A DNA stretch of 64,000 nt from Phoronis australis (Eukaryota > Animalia > Phoronida), in assembly GCA_002633005.1 (NCBI GenBank), contig NMRA01000157.1:734607-798606 (forward strand), written 5' to 3'. The notes below the pieces were generated by a model. That model was not told the origin of the DNA. It made no database searches and saw only the letters and a list, made by a program, of their open reading frames with translations. Shown here one piece after another: positions 52,555-64,000 of this stretch (positions are counted from its first letter, which is position 1; every line of letters begins with the position of its first letter). The position numbers and the translations under genes are program-made.

Positions 52555-52963
52555 AAGTACATCTACAACATTCCCCCTTCCCAATGAAACAGGCGTGCCA
52601 CCAGGAAAGGTGAACACCAGGTTGTCTCTCATACAGGTAATCAACTTCCCTTAGTACCGTTACCACCACAATACAGGTGAACACAAGGTTGCCTCTCACA
52701 CAGGTCCTCAACTCCTGGAAATTTTACCATCATCATAACTATGCGCGCCATCCGAGGTCCGCAAGTACTAGTTGGCATTAGCAGTGCTTCTTCGGTAGAT
52801 CATCCGTTTGCCCACTACGCCATTTGTAGTAATAGCCAAGATTACCCGACCAGGGAATTGAACCAGAGACCCCCATAAAACCGGCAAGTGTGCTAACCAT
52901 TCAGCTAATAGGCAATTGCCCGTTAGCGAGTGGGTTTGTACGGTACTTTAGTAGTAATTTACA
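52555..52963 (-). mobile_element. Miniature non-autonomous LTR element with tRNA-derived LTR (Ajax-like); 3' LTR largely missing
   Basis: TGT...ACA 139-bp LTR (52963-52825) with pol III A/B boxes; PBS TGGCGTAGTGGGCA; PPT GGGAAGGGGGAA at 52582-52571. Confidence 0.7.
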
Positions 52964-54168
52964 ATGCTGGATGTCCTGGATGCATTGAAAAATGGCCGCA
53001 CGCAAACAAGAGATTTCCAGTCTGTCACTTACACATAGTATACCTAATTATCGGATGAACCCTAAATATCAGACATTTCATAAAATCTTACTTGAAGCAT
53101 AATCTGTGAATTAAATGACACCAATTTTTGTTCCGCTGTAATACATTCAATGTCCGGCACCGTCTTGTTTTTTACAGCGTTGCCTCGTTTTGATTTCACC
53201 GAGAGGGTGCAATTTAGACCCCTAAGTCGGCCTAAAATGGACGATCACATAAATCGGTTATAAAAGTTGAAAACAAAATCTTTTTCCACAATGAAACCAT
53301 CTCATTGAACTGACAATATGTCACTGTTCCATTTTTTCATTTGTTCTTCAACTCAAGTCAAACCCCGACCGCCCATGTGCGGGTGTCATATCAAGAAGCC
53401 AAAGAGATACTAAAAACTGCAATGAGTTTGCAAGTGCTTTAGTCGTCTGCACTGATTCATCGAAACGACTTGACGCCATCATCAGATTTCATTTTATGGA
53501 TAATTTTGTTGCGAATGGACCTGTGTTCTAGCAGTATATACGTCAAAACACTCGAGCTGAAATTTGGCTACAAGGTGCCTGCAGCCATTACGTGGTCAGT
53601 CAGTTTTCCGCGGTGTGGCGTATGGGGAAACATGATGTCCAATATTTAGGTTCTCCGAAGGTTTGCTAGTTGTGTTTTTTAAAGATCAGTCAGAACGTAA
53701 ATGTGGTCTTCGGTGACAAGATATTGTAACAGAACAATTCTATAAAGGTAAGCCTTTATTTCAGCAAAGAATTTACAACAAACCGTAGTATTTTCAATTA
53801 TATATAATGCAAAATGTGCCAAAACGTCCGATAATTAGGTCACTTGACTGTATAGCAAGTTTGTGGGCACACTTTTGGAAAGTGAAAGCTTGATTCAAAA
53901 TAATCTTAGCGTAGGAGTAAAAAGTGGATTGAGGCATATATCATCCATGTATGATCATTTTGTAGGAGATATGAAGGATTGAATAGGAACCCGGCAACTA
54001 GGTCGTCAACACAATGACTTCTGACTGAGTTGCCGATTCCCCTTTTAACTGAGAACCTGCAAGACCTTGTCTCAGCAATTATTTCTAGGGTCAAATATTC
54101 TGGAAATGTTTCTAATACTTCTGAGCCCCACAATAACGATGCTGAACATATAACATCACGATAAATAC

Positions 54169-54222
54169 CTGCTGAAGCTGTAATTTGTAGTTAACCAAAT
54201 TCGCTTCCAGATCAGTCGCCAT
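54169..54222 (-). CDS. SMNDC1: SMNDC1/SPF30 coding exon 1 (MATDLEANLVNYKLQLQQ)
   Basis: ACAATGG start context; resembles human MSEDLAKQLASYKAQLQQ; acceptor at 54247 and candidate 5'UTR-exon donor at 54545. Confidence 0.92.
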
Positions 54223-57200
54223 TGTTCAGAAAGAGGTTTTATCACGCTGAATTGTGTACACTTTTGTATTACTTCTGTAAATAGATATCTTCTGAATATG
54301 TGTAGTCAGTTACAGCTTAAATATTACACGAAATGAGTTAATTTAAAAATCAAGGTTGCATAATTTTGTCTTTTCAACAACAACTGAGAAATGATGTCAA
54401 AAGCGACAGTTCCCCCTGTGAAATGCTTTGAACAACGACATCTAGGTTTCATCGCTAGAATCAAAATAGTCTGAAGGCCGGTAAGATCACAGGCGCTTGG
54501 GTAAGATAGGATGTCGTCGGGGCCGGCTGCATGGCCTGACGTTACCTCCTGCTTGACCATGACGATGAAAACTCTCGCCTTTCAGAGCACTTGCCCACAT
54601 CGAAATCATTATTTCAATCGAAATCGTTATTTCAAGACTCAGGAAAATATAGAAAAGTTGCCCTGTATTTCACTCACTGGCGTGATTTCCGATGGCATTG
54701 GTAAAGCTGTAGGTCTATAGGCGGCATAGGCCCTAGCCTTCTAAATATATACCGGTAGGACTACAGCTTTCTGTATTTTGACGACTTCTGCATCGATTTT
54801 CATCATTCGATACTAACGGCTAATATTCACCTTTCACTTTTAAAAACATTCATTTGGTCGTTTGCCTTGCTAAATGTTTGTTTGTTTTTTTTTTTGACTT
54901 TGAGTACCCGCCCGGCCGTAGCCTTCACTAACAAGCAGGCGCGTTGCCGGGGCGACCCCACAACTGAGATCGGCCGTAACGGCGCCATCAAGTCTTTCAT
55001 GGGCCGAGGAACTTGGCTGGATACTGTGAGACAGGGCCTAAACACTGCACACTTTCTCGTCGTCAACTTGCGTGCAAACCCTGTAAGCCTAAAGGCTGCC
55101 TACTAGAGCAACGTACTTTGTTGATTTCATCCGCGCGGCGTAGGCCGTCGATGGCTTTTGCTCACATTTTAGCCAGACAAATCTTACACAAACAGGATTT
55201 CCACGTAAGTGGACGACGAGAAAGCATGCACTGTTTACTCCCTAGCGAATTCTTCGGACACGCCAAAAGCTTGACGTCAACGTCTGCACAGATTGAACTT
55301 GAGCTATAGTCGCTGTTCGATGGGCTTGGCTGCCAAATGAGACAATTGCGGTCGTAAACTATAGTACTGATTAGTGCACGAATTTCAAAGTCAAAAAACG
55401 AAGGCAAACAAGCCACATGACTGTTTTTAAAATTGAAAAGTAAAAAACAACAGTCTTTGGTTTTTTAAAATCAATTAATGCATCATTTTACGAGAGAAAT
55501 TATAACACGAGCATTAGGTCTATTGTGTGAATTGATTAGGACAGGTTATTCACAGGCTGGATTAAGCTCGCCTAGGGGTTGGGATAAACCCAAACTTTTA
55601 GCGTAGGACTGTATGCACACATAAAACAATTTACATATACACCGAGGAACATTATATGTGAAACACCGGGCACATGCGCAGATATGTATAACCACTTAGG
55701 CAAAAATCTATGAAAAAACGCAATGTTTCGGAATAGATAAAGTCGGTGGCTAGGTATCAAGCGACATTTCGAGAGTTGTCTAACGTTTCTATTTACCGCA
55801 CGAACTATGTAAAGCAACTCGATCCGACTCAGAAAATCGTATACAAGCAGATGCATGCGCAACAGCAGTTCTGTACTCAGTACTACCCAGGCTTGGAGGG
55901 GATCCCCATAATGGCTTAGAATTTTGCGGACAGTTGTAAATTATGGGAGTCACTCACACACAATAGGTCTTTTGAAATTGACATGCGTGTTCAGTGCAAA
56001 GCAGGCGTGCGTTCAGTAACGCTGGGACCTACGCTAGGGGCTACAATACGACCTATCTAAAATTTGGCCAAAGTCACGTATTCTTGTTAAAAATACACGG
56101 TAATATCTCACGTACTCTCGCGAAGTCTTGCTTTTTAGCGAGGTCCTAGCGTTACTGAACGAGAGGCTGTTGTTTGTAAACCCTGCTCTTAGTCATATCA
56201 CTGTCCAAGTTGAACTGTGTGATAACTAAACATTTCAGACTTACTAACAAAAAGGACTTGCGTCTCTGGCTAAGAAGATAATTGTTTTGTTACCCTTGTG
56301 AATTCTGAATAGCCGAGCACAGAATGAGAAATACTACGAGAGCCTGGATGGTTTCAGAGAAACCTTAGAAAACTTACGACGAGTGCCCTCATGGCGTTTT
56401 TTTTCCTAAATGGGTGGGTGCTGATAGAGAAACTACAGTCAACCCTAAAGCAAATAAATCGTATCTTGACATCTTTCATCGTGTATTTTCGTGAATTGTC
56501 TTTTAGGCGTATACGTTTTCTGGTTCCTGCAATTAAGACGGGTAAACTAAGACGAGTCAGAAAATCCGTCAATGTTGAGTGTTTTTTTTCGGAAAATTGG
56601 CTACGTTCGCGGTGTCACAATTACAGAAAAGTCCAGTGTTTAGTCTAAGACCAGTGAAGGCCACTCATAATTTGATTGAGATGGTATTCTAAGCTTATTA
56701 TTTATTACCTTTTTAGTTACTGGGGTTGTGTTTGGCCACTTTTTGACTGTACTGAAGAAAGTACAAAGCTCACAGGAAAAGATTATTGGTTAACGATCTC
56801 ATAATGGTTATATAAATGTCGAGATTAGTCATAAATCGTGCCTCGTTAGCAAAGGATGTTTGTATTACACATGAACTCCAAATGTTATTTTCAGGACACG
56901 ACAGTTTTCTATATTTAAATAATCCCAATAATTTGGGATGCATTCAGGACGGATATATCAAAATTTCAACGCGTTTGGTCACGATTATTTGGAAGCATAC
57001 CCACGCACTGGATACAGAGTCTTGCTGCTGGAAACACGTAAGTGCATAGTCCTCCGTTGATCAAACATTTTATCTCATTTTGTGGAAGCTTATTTCTCAT
57101 TACTATTCTCACAATGGACAAACACCATATGAACGGAGATGCAGATGTTGCCTCCCGATGTTGCCTCTATTTTTCGAGTTAGATGTTATTTATTTTACCT

Positions 57201-58735
57201 AAACATCATTCAACAAAGAATGGACTCACCGGAGACAGCCCAAGAGTTGTTATCTCTGCGGCGAAGGATGTTAAAGTTGAGTCTCCGATGAGTTGCCAGC
57301 AGTCACTGGTACGGTGCGCGGCTTTAGACGCTCTGCGGCTGGGTTAAAGATCTTTTATAGGCCTAACTATCCCCAATTCCCGTACCAGGATGAATTTCAA
57401 AAATAACTTGACTTGGCTCCTCTTTTTTGAGAAACGATGCATTTTCAAAAAAAATATATCGAATTTATATAAGATTTCAGTATCACCGTTGACGCAAGAA
57501 CAGAAATTGGCAGTAGAAGGCAAATACATGCAGAGCTATTAGTTAGGAACAGATGATGTTTTTGGATTGGTGAGATTAGTTCAGACCGGGGGAAGCAAAG
57601 CAAATATTATCTTTAGACGTATGAAGATGTAATTATTGACTAAGTAAATGGACATATACAGTTTGGGATTATTCAGAGACGAGCAAGAAGTATCCGCTCA
57701 TCTACTTTTGAATACACTCACAGTAGGCATACTTGTAGTTTTCACTTAATTTTGTATGCCAAGCTTTCCTCTTTTTTCAGTTCCGGCCATCACCATACTG
57801 GAGTTAATTGGGACTTTTGGCCATGCATTACGCACTACGCCTAAATCCAATGGGTTTTTTAGCTTTCTATACACCTGACTACGTTATTTGTCGCCTTTAC
57901 TGGGAAAAGCCGGGGCACATGCTTTAATAATTTGGGTGAAAATTAGGCTGCGACCGGGATGCGAAATTGGCAGGATGGAAATGGTTCGCAGTAATATTAC
58001 CAAGGGTGCGTTCCGTAGACATTAGGCCTTCGCAGCTAGAAATCTTCACTTGTGGAACGGAATCAGCGAATTCTAACCCACAATTGAACATTCCAACCTC
58101 ACGGAACAATCGTTTCAGTGCTAGGATAGGGAAAAGTTCTCTACTCTATTGAGTACACGAGGTATAAATTCTACTCCTCCGCGGGTATCAATGAAATAAA
58201 CTCCTGAACCATTCTGAACACCTTGCTACTTTCAAACTGCAGAATGATTGGCCGTAAGACTGAAATTTCCAATTATGCACAAGTAACGGTCACCTTCGAG
58301 AGGAAATTCGAGCCATGAAAATATCGAAGCATACTCGCGAAACATACAACTTTCATTCGCGTGATTTTTGTGGTCTTGCGTGATCCTCGTTTTATGCGAA
58401 TTTCTTGCGTCTACCCAACTCACCCCTGTTAGAACTCGACTGTAAATCCGCGATCCGTCCAAGAAAAGAATTTTTGACGTAGACCACAAGATTTATATCA
58501 GAGTCCATGACAAGGAGGAATGTTTCTGGCTTGAACTTATCGCTTTCTAATAACAAAATTCAACTTGGTTCAGCTTCAAAACCGAAAACACTCTCTTCAA
58601 ACTCTTACCTTTGACATCAGCTTGTTTTCATTCATAGACTCACTTATCTTGGAATTACAACTTGCTATCTGATTTGTTTTTTTTTTAATTATTCATTATC
58701 GTTTTTTGTAGGAAAGTTTGAACCCACAAGGTGCC

Positions 58736-58805
58736 ATGACCTTGCGCATGAACAGATGTATTCTGCTAATAGCGTGTTTCTATGAAATCAAGCACAGTGT
58801 GGCAG
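58736..58805 (+). CDS. Signal-peptide-like exon of an unidentified gene (MTLRMNRCILLIACFYEIKHSVA)
   Basis: Strong acceptor at 58711, GCCATG context, phase-1 donor CAG|GTAACT. Confidence 0.5.
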
Positions 58806-61800
58806 GTAACTGGGCAAATAATAATTGGATTTCCATAAGGGGTGTCGTTTTCGATAAATACGCGTCACCGCACAACCGATGGCAGTTGCCAAATCCACCA
58901 TGGACACTGATACTAAATGCATTTGTGAGGGGATTAACAATAGTCATAACCTAAAATGCACTCTACTTGGATTTTTCAATATTAGCTTTTTAGTTGTGTA
59001 TTTGCGAGTCTAGGAGTTGCGCCCTTCTAAACGTACCAATAAAAACATAGTTGAGAAAAAAATAACGAACACATACGTTTCACGTGACTTTCAGTTAATC
59101 ACAAACAAGGTTAATTTTTATTCGTATCAAGGGTTTCGACAGCTCGCAAGTTCCACAGTCTTCCTCCGTCACGTGCCGCACGAGCAATTACATTAAAGCA
59201 ACGTTAAATCCGTGATTTCTGTAAAAATAATTTGACTTACGGCCATTTACCATTATAAAATTGGGTTTATCCTGATCCTCACTCAGCTTAGAAAAGGTCT
59301 TTGGGCTAGGGAAGAATTGGCAGACCGATACGTCATGACTTGAAATTTTGTGAGCCCTGAAATCATCTTAAAGTTGTTTAAGGATTATTTTGTGACTTAT
59401 TTTATATTGGTAAGTGGCCTAAATCAAAAGTTATTTTCAGCTTGCGACGCACGTATCATTTATCTATTATTCGGGACATATGTCGATCATAAACAGCTGT
59501 TTTAAAACTTTGACAAGGGATATGCGTAGGCACGTATTTGAAACAATGTATATGCATAAAAACTTAGGCCTGTTCTGCAGATGCAAGTTTACGAAAAAGC
59601 AAGATAACACAGTTCTTCGTGAGATATAATATGCATTGCAAGGAAGCACGCGATCACACTATCCTTACTCGCGAGTGTCTTGCGCCTATAGAACGCGCCC
59701 GGGGTCTCTGTATTTTGGCACATGCATAGGTCTATATAGCAAAAGACGTTAATCTATGGTGCAACTCGGTACAACAATAACGATTGTTTCACGATGAAGG
59801 AAATGTGTTCGTGCGAAAACAGTTTCGAGACATTAAAGGGGACGGTAACTGTTTCTAATATCAATTCTGACTAAACTACGATGCTCTGGTTAGCTCAGAT
59901 AAATTTTCAAGGTAATTAAATTCTACTTTATCAGGCATGCGTCTCTTTGGAAGTGAGGTCTTATCATTCTTGTCATTTTTGTGCACATTTTATTGTGAAC
60001 ATCTGTTAGCTGTATACAATTTTCTAAAAATGTCTAAAAATTATTTGCCTTTTCCGAGTATTTTCGGCAGTAGCATGGCAAGGTTTGATGATGCTCCGGT
60101 GATTTATTATTGGATGCCCTTCTCGCAATAAAATGCATGAACCAGAGAACTACGTGACCCCTTCTACACATTACATTGAACCAGAATTCATTTGAGTGGG
60201 ATCGGCGAACTAAATACTGTATTTAGCTCCTTGGTGGGATTAAGTGATCGCTTGATCTGCATTGGACGGGGGTGGGAGTCGGGGTCCCCAAAAACACGTA
60301 TCGCGTGCAGGGTGAAGCTGCACTAGTTGCTGGTCTTAGACGCTGCGTTTGACTGTTCACACAGACGGGTGACGTCGTTGTCTTGAGTCACTACATAGGC
60401 CCTAAGAGCATCTCGCGACCCCTCTCCGATTTTAAGAAAGCACTTCTAGCAGTTGACGACGAAGCAGAGAAGGGAATACTGACGGTATGGCATCCCTTTT
60501 TAAACATGTTTAGCAGGTAACTGCGTTCATTTTCCCTTTGTAAGCTGACAGTAAAGCATGTTTGGCGCTCACACGACAGTTTTGCATCACTTCAGCCGTG
60601 AAGAGATAAAATGCTACATTTTTGACATGATCGAACCAACTCTGAAGGGTCATCGCATCCACATGAAATTGGTGAAACGGAACTCCTGCACTCTTGAGTC
60701 GAGAGCTCATGAAGCGTGGAACCCGTTACGCGCAGTTCCAAGCATATTGAAACAGACTCATAAAGATAGACGGCAAGAGGCGGTCTAACTTGTTACAAGC
60801 TGGCGAAAACAATATTGCAACCGATGTCAAACCGACAATCCAAAGCGCATTTAAACAAAGATGGCAGCATACATATTGTCTATGATGGCAGGGAATCACT
60901 CGGATACACTCTTTCACAGTGCTACGAAAGGGAACACTGTACAATGCTGTTTATCATGGCTTCTCATTGGTTAAAATAATGAAACCGACGTCATAACATT
61001 CAGTCATTCCCATTGCCGGGTTGAAATCTGAGAAACCCATTTCAGTTTAGTGTTACGTAGTATGGCGACCACCTTCGACTTGAATAGTTGCAATTTGTTA
61101 AAACAGGCAGGGATTGAAGTAAACAAAATTAAGGGAACCCCGATCCCGCAGCTAAGCCCACAAGTACAGTGCATAGAAGGCATGTGCAAGTGGTGGCGAT
61201 GTGATCGATAAACTTCCGACCAAGCATGCGCGTTGATGCCCACGCACGGAATTCCGTGTCGTTCATCATGTTTTCACTACAGGGCCACTTTTCAGTGTAT
61301 GTGGCGCTGTGTCAGAGGGCATCTCTCGGACTGAGAACGTCACTAATTCCGGAGTGACGCATGCATAATTTAAGCGAGAAAAACCGTTTAATTACTTAGA
61401 AATTTATCTCGGATAACCAGACATTTAACCAAAAATGGCACAAAAATATCATCCACCTTCCACTTTCAAAAGGAAACGCAGGTGCTTACCGTTAAACAAA
61501 CAGTTTCTACAAGATCGACTACAGTTGCTATAAAACGGATCTGTCACGGAGATATTACCCAATCATGTCAAAATTGATGTCATTTTGCCCTAGAGACTCT
61601 TTTTATTGGTATGTCTGGGTATGGGAGTCAATTTCTGGCACGTTATGTCATCACTTAAACACGGTAAAATACTCTTATCCCGTTAATCGAATGAAAATTA
61701 GCCACTCCACCGAGAAGAGCGTTCAACTACCACAGCGAGGTCTCAGTCCAGTGGCTCGAATTCATGCTAGAAAACCACATTTTCCTGTTAATAATATTAC

Positions 61801-61990
61801 TTTAACTGACGTGTTTTACCCTATACAGAATCCAGAATCAAACTCAGTTTGGACTGCATAGAAACCAAACGAGACTTTCTGAAAAGAAACATGGTTAATT
61901 TAGCATCATATGTAGGCCTACTTAAAAACAAACAACAGCATCCTTTCATAAGTGGCCACTTCTGTTGAACGTGTTTTCATTACTCAACAG

Positions 61991-62137
61991 GTCTCGACCA
62001 CCCCAGAACAAGAGGATGTATTCAAAATACCGGCTGGAGCTCCTGTAAAAGTGGTCAAAAGGCTTCTTTTGGATGGTCGATTTTCAGCGAAGCAGAGTGC
62101 GCGTGGTGTCGATCTTTTCTAAGTTTTACTTGTGGAG
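61991..62137 (+). CDS. Cys-rich symmetric phase 1-1 exon (GLDHPRTRGCIQNTGWSSCKSGQKASFGWSIFSEAECAWCRSFLSFTCG)
   Basis: caacAG acceptor, GAG|GTAAGA donor, 147 nt, open only in the frame compatible with the upstream exon. Confidence 0.55.
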
Positions 62138-62649
62138 GTAAGACACCCTGAAATGAAATCCATTTTAAGACACACGCAATCCCGTAAGTCGCACTGAGTT
62201 ATTCAAACTCGAATAAAGTTGGTAGCGTTTTTTCCATTAAACGGTCAATGAATTACATTTTGTCGTAGTATAATTAGGAACGCTACCTTTTTATTAAGAA
62301 AACAAGACATTGGTTTCTACCTAAAGGCCAAACCTTGAACCATTTAAAAACCACGGTATTAAAGGTGGTGCTGCGTAAGGCTTAAATACATGATTGCATT
62401 GTCCACCGATATCAGCCAGTTGGCCTGCTATCTACAGTTGATGGGTCTTGGATTCTTTAATTAACCCCTTTTCACAGCTCACCATTTGCACTTATATGAA
62501 TATTCAATCATTTCCGTGGTATTATGTTAAGTTTTGTGTTTTACACCACCCCCCCAGTACCGAAATCGCTACAACGGGCTACAGGAGTGGGGTATGTCTA
62601 GCAAAACATTTACTTTATTTTATTTCGTCGTGTGTATAAAAAAACCTCC

Positions 62650-62949
62650 AGGATTTAAAGGGATGATAAGCCAACCTGCCTGTCCCGAGCTTGGAATACG
62701 ACAAGCACTCCGGACCTTGCCATAGCCATGGAGGACATCCAGAAAACATGCAACAGGATTGTCGCCAACCAGTTAGGAGGGAGCGACCACCTACCAGTCC
62801 TACTTAAGCTTTCACTACTAGAACAACCCACCGTCACAAAAAAAGCCTAGCTGGAACTACAAAAAGGCAAACTGGATGAAGTTTAAAAATCTGACAGACA
62901 CACTCTGCAGAAAAACCACCATTGACTCAAAGCAAGACATCAATATCAA
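62650..62949 (+). mobile_element. LINE fragment, C-terminal part of APE endonuclease (PT...STPDLAIA...LGGSDHLPV...WNYKKANW), cut by N 62950
   Basis: SDH catalytic motif followed by frameshifted WNYKKANW motif typical of non-LTR ORF2. Confidence 0.85.
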
Positions 62950-62950
62950 N

Positions 62951-63018
62951 ATATGTCTAGGATAACCAACCAACCTTATTTTAGCTCAAAATGACATGAA
63001 AAAAGGTTGCCTTCGCCT
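62951..63018. mobile_element. Right terminus of the same Kolobok-like family as 25641-26534
   Basis: ATATGTCTAGGATAACCAA...GACATGAAAAAAGGTTGCCTTCGCCT|TTAA matches 26468-26534. Confidence 0.8.
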
Positions 63019-63847
63019 TTAAAACTTTGTTTACCCTTGCATATGTGCCTTTGTGCAACTTTTTAAAAGTAAATAATAGGAGACCTTATCTGAAAGTGTT
63101 ATGTGCACACTTTTTTGTCGGTGCTTCTTCTTAGTTGGTGAGCACAAGTCTCAAAGTAACTCAGAGTACAGACTAGAACTAGCTGTTTTTTGACTTAACC
63201 TACAATTTTCAAGCAAAAACAAAACAAGTTTGAGTAGTTGCAACTTGCTAAATCATCTAAAATATGACAATGATAGTACAGTGTGGAAAATTAAAAGAGT
63301 TGTTAACTTAATGACAAGTAATATTTCTTGACCAGCTTATGTGGTCATGTTATTTGATAAATGGTGTGTGTTGGGGACATGTCTGTAAACCTGTCTGTTA
63401 TTTTGCAATAAATGTTTAAAAAATAGATTTTTTGTTGCACATGCAAAATTGAAACTAAGCAACACAACCTCCAGATCACCCAGGATTGTGCATTGTAAAG
63501 GTTGACTCATTGTTATTTCTGGCACTCCATCTACTAATAAGTTTGACGTACTTACAGTAATTGTACAATGATATCGAATGAGTCTCAACTTTCGAAACAC
63601 GGCATTCAATTATTTCTTGGTATAAGTACATGAAAGATGCCTTTTTTTAGAAAAATATGTTGGCAATAACTTCTTGATGGAGATTTTTTCATTCTTTTGA
63701 GATGGAACACAAGGGGACCTTTTGCATGTTTCCAGTAGTTTGTGTGTTAGTGTTCATGAAGAGTAGAGCAAAAAGAATGGAAAAATGTGATGCTTTACAT
63801 AAAAACCAGTCATCCATCTTATGTCTTATCATTCCTCTGCTTTCAGA

Positions 63848-64000
63848 TATTCAACAGACATGGGAGAGACCTGGGACGTGCATGAGTTTTCCAAAGAAAA
63901 GATACGCGTATATGGCCTGCTGACAGAGCCTGGGGAGCACACTTCTGTCTTCTCCGTGTTTGGCTCCAAGCTGGGTCATCACAGCTGGATTATCACGAAA
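63848..64000 (+). CDS. SORL1: SORL1/VPS10-domain receptor internal exon (YSTDMGETWDVHEFSKEKIRVYGLLTEPGEHTSVFSVFGSKLGHHSWIITK...), runs off window
   Basis: tttcAG acceptor; Asp-box S-x-D-x-G-x-T-W followed by VYGLLTEPGE as in human SORL1. Confidence 0.85.

Noticed and set aside
52845-52910. Functional tRNA gene
   Set aside because: Has A/B boxes but no convincing acceptor or anticodon stems, and is embedded in an LTR-like unit
54511-55416. Cluster of short ORFs upstream of SMNDC1
   Set aside because: Expected in a GC/CpG-rich promoter region; no recognisable protein or consistent exon chain
63848-63923. Third exon of the Cys-rich gene (DIQQTWERPGTCMSFPKKRYAYMAC*), which would make a tidy ~97-aa secreted peptide
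   Set aside because: Another frame of the same exon clearly matches the SORL1 VPS10 domain and a contig join intervenes; the phase-1 reading is most likely coincidence

Overview
Eukaryotic, AT-rich, intron-rich animal genomic DNA; the gene content suggests a marine invertebrate bilaterian, but the species cannot be fixed from sequence alone. Most entries in the ORF track are spurious, and the real genes are spliced. Reconstructed by hand from GT-AG signals and reading-frame continuity: (1) an SLC22A18-like MFS transporter on the minus strand (9 coding exons, 9295 down to 52; last exon off-window); (2) a head-to-head Rab32/38-family GTPase on the plus strand (probable ATG exon at 11443, exons 25486-39397, terminal exon repeated at 42125-42241); (3) a complete SMNDC1/SPF30 gene on the minus strand (54222-46661); (4) two exons of an unidentified secreted Cys-rich protein (58736-62137); (5) one internal VPS10-domain exon of a SORL1-like gene (63848-end) beyond a contig join. 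The assembly has a 603-N gap and several single-N joins flanked by slightly diverged duplications that look like uncollapsed haplotypes; these expose a filled versus empty transposon site. Most interesting: candidate frameshifting poison exon(s) in the SMNDC1 DLQ|EV intron, an array of duplicated exon-end/5' splice sites in SMNDC1, a miniature LTR element with a tRNA-derived LTR (Ajax-like), and a THAP-bearing ISL2EU-like transposon split by a nested insertion.
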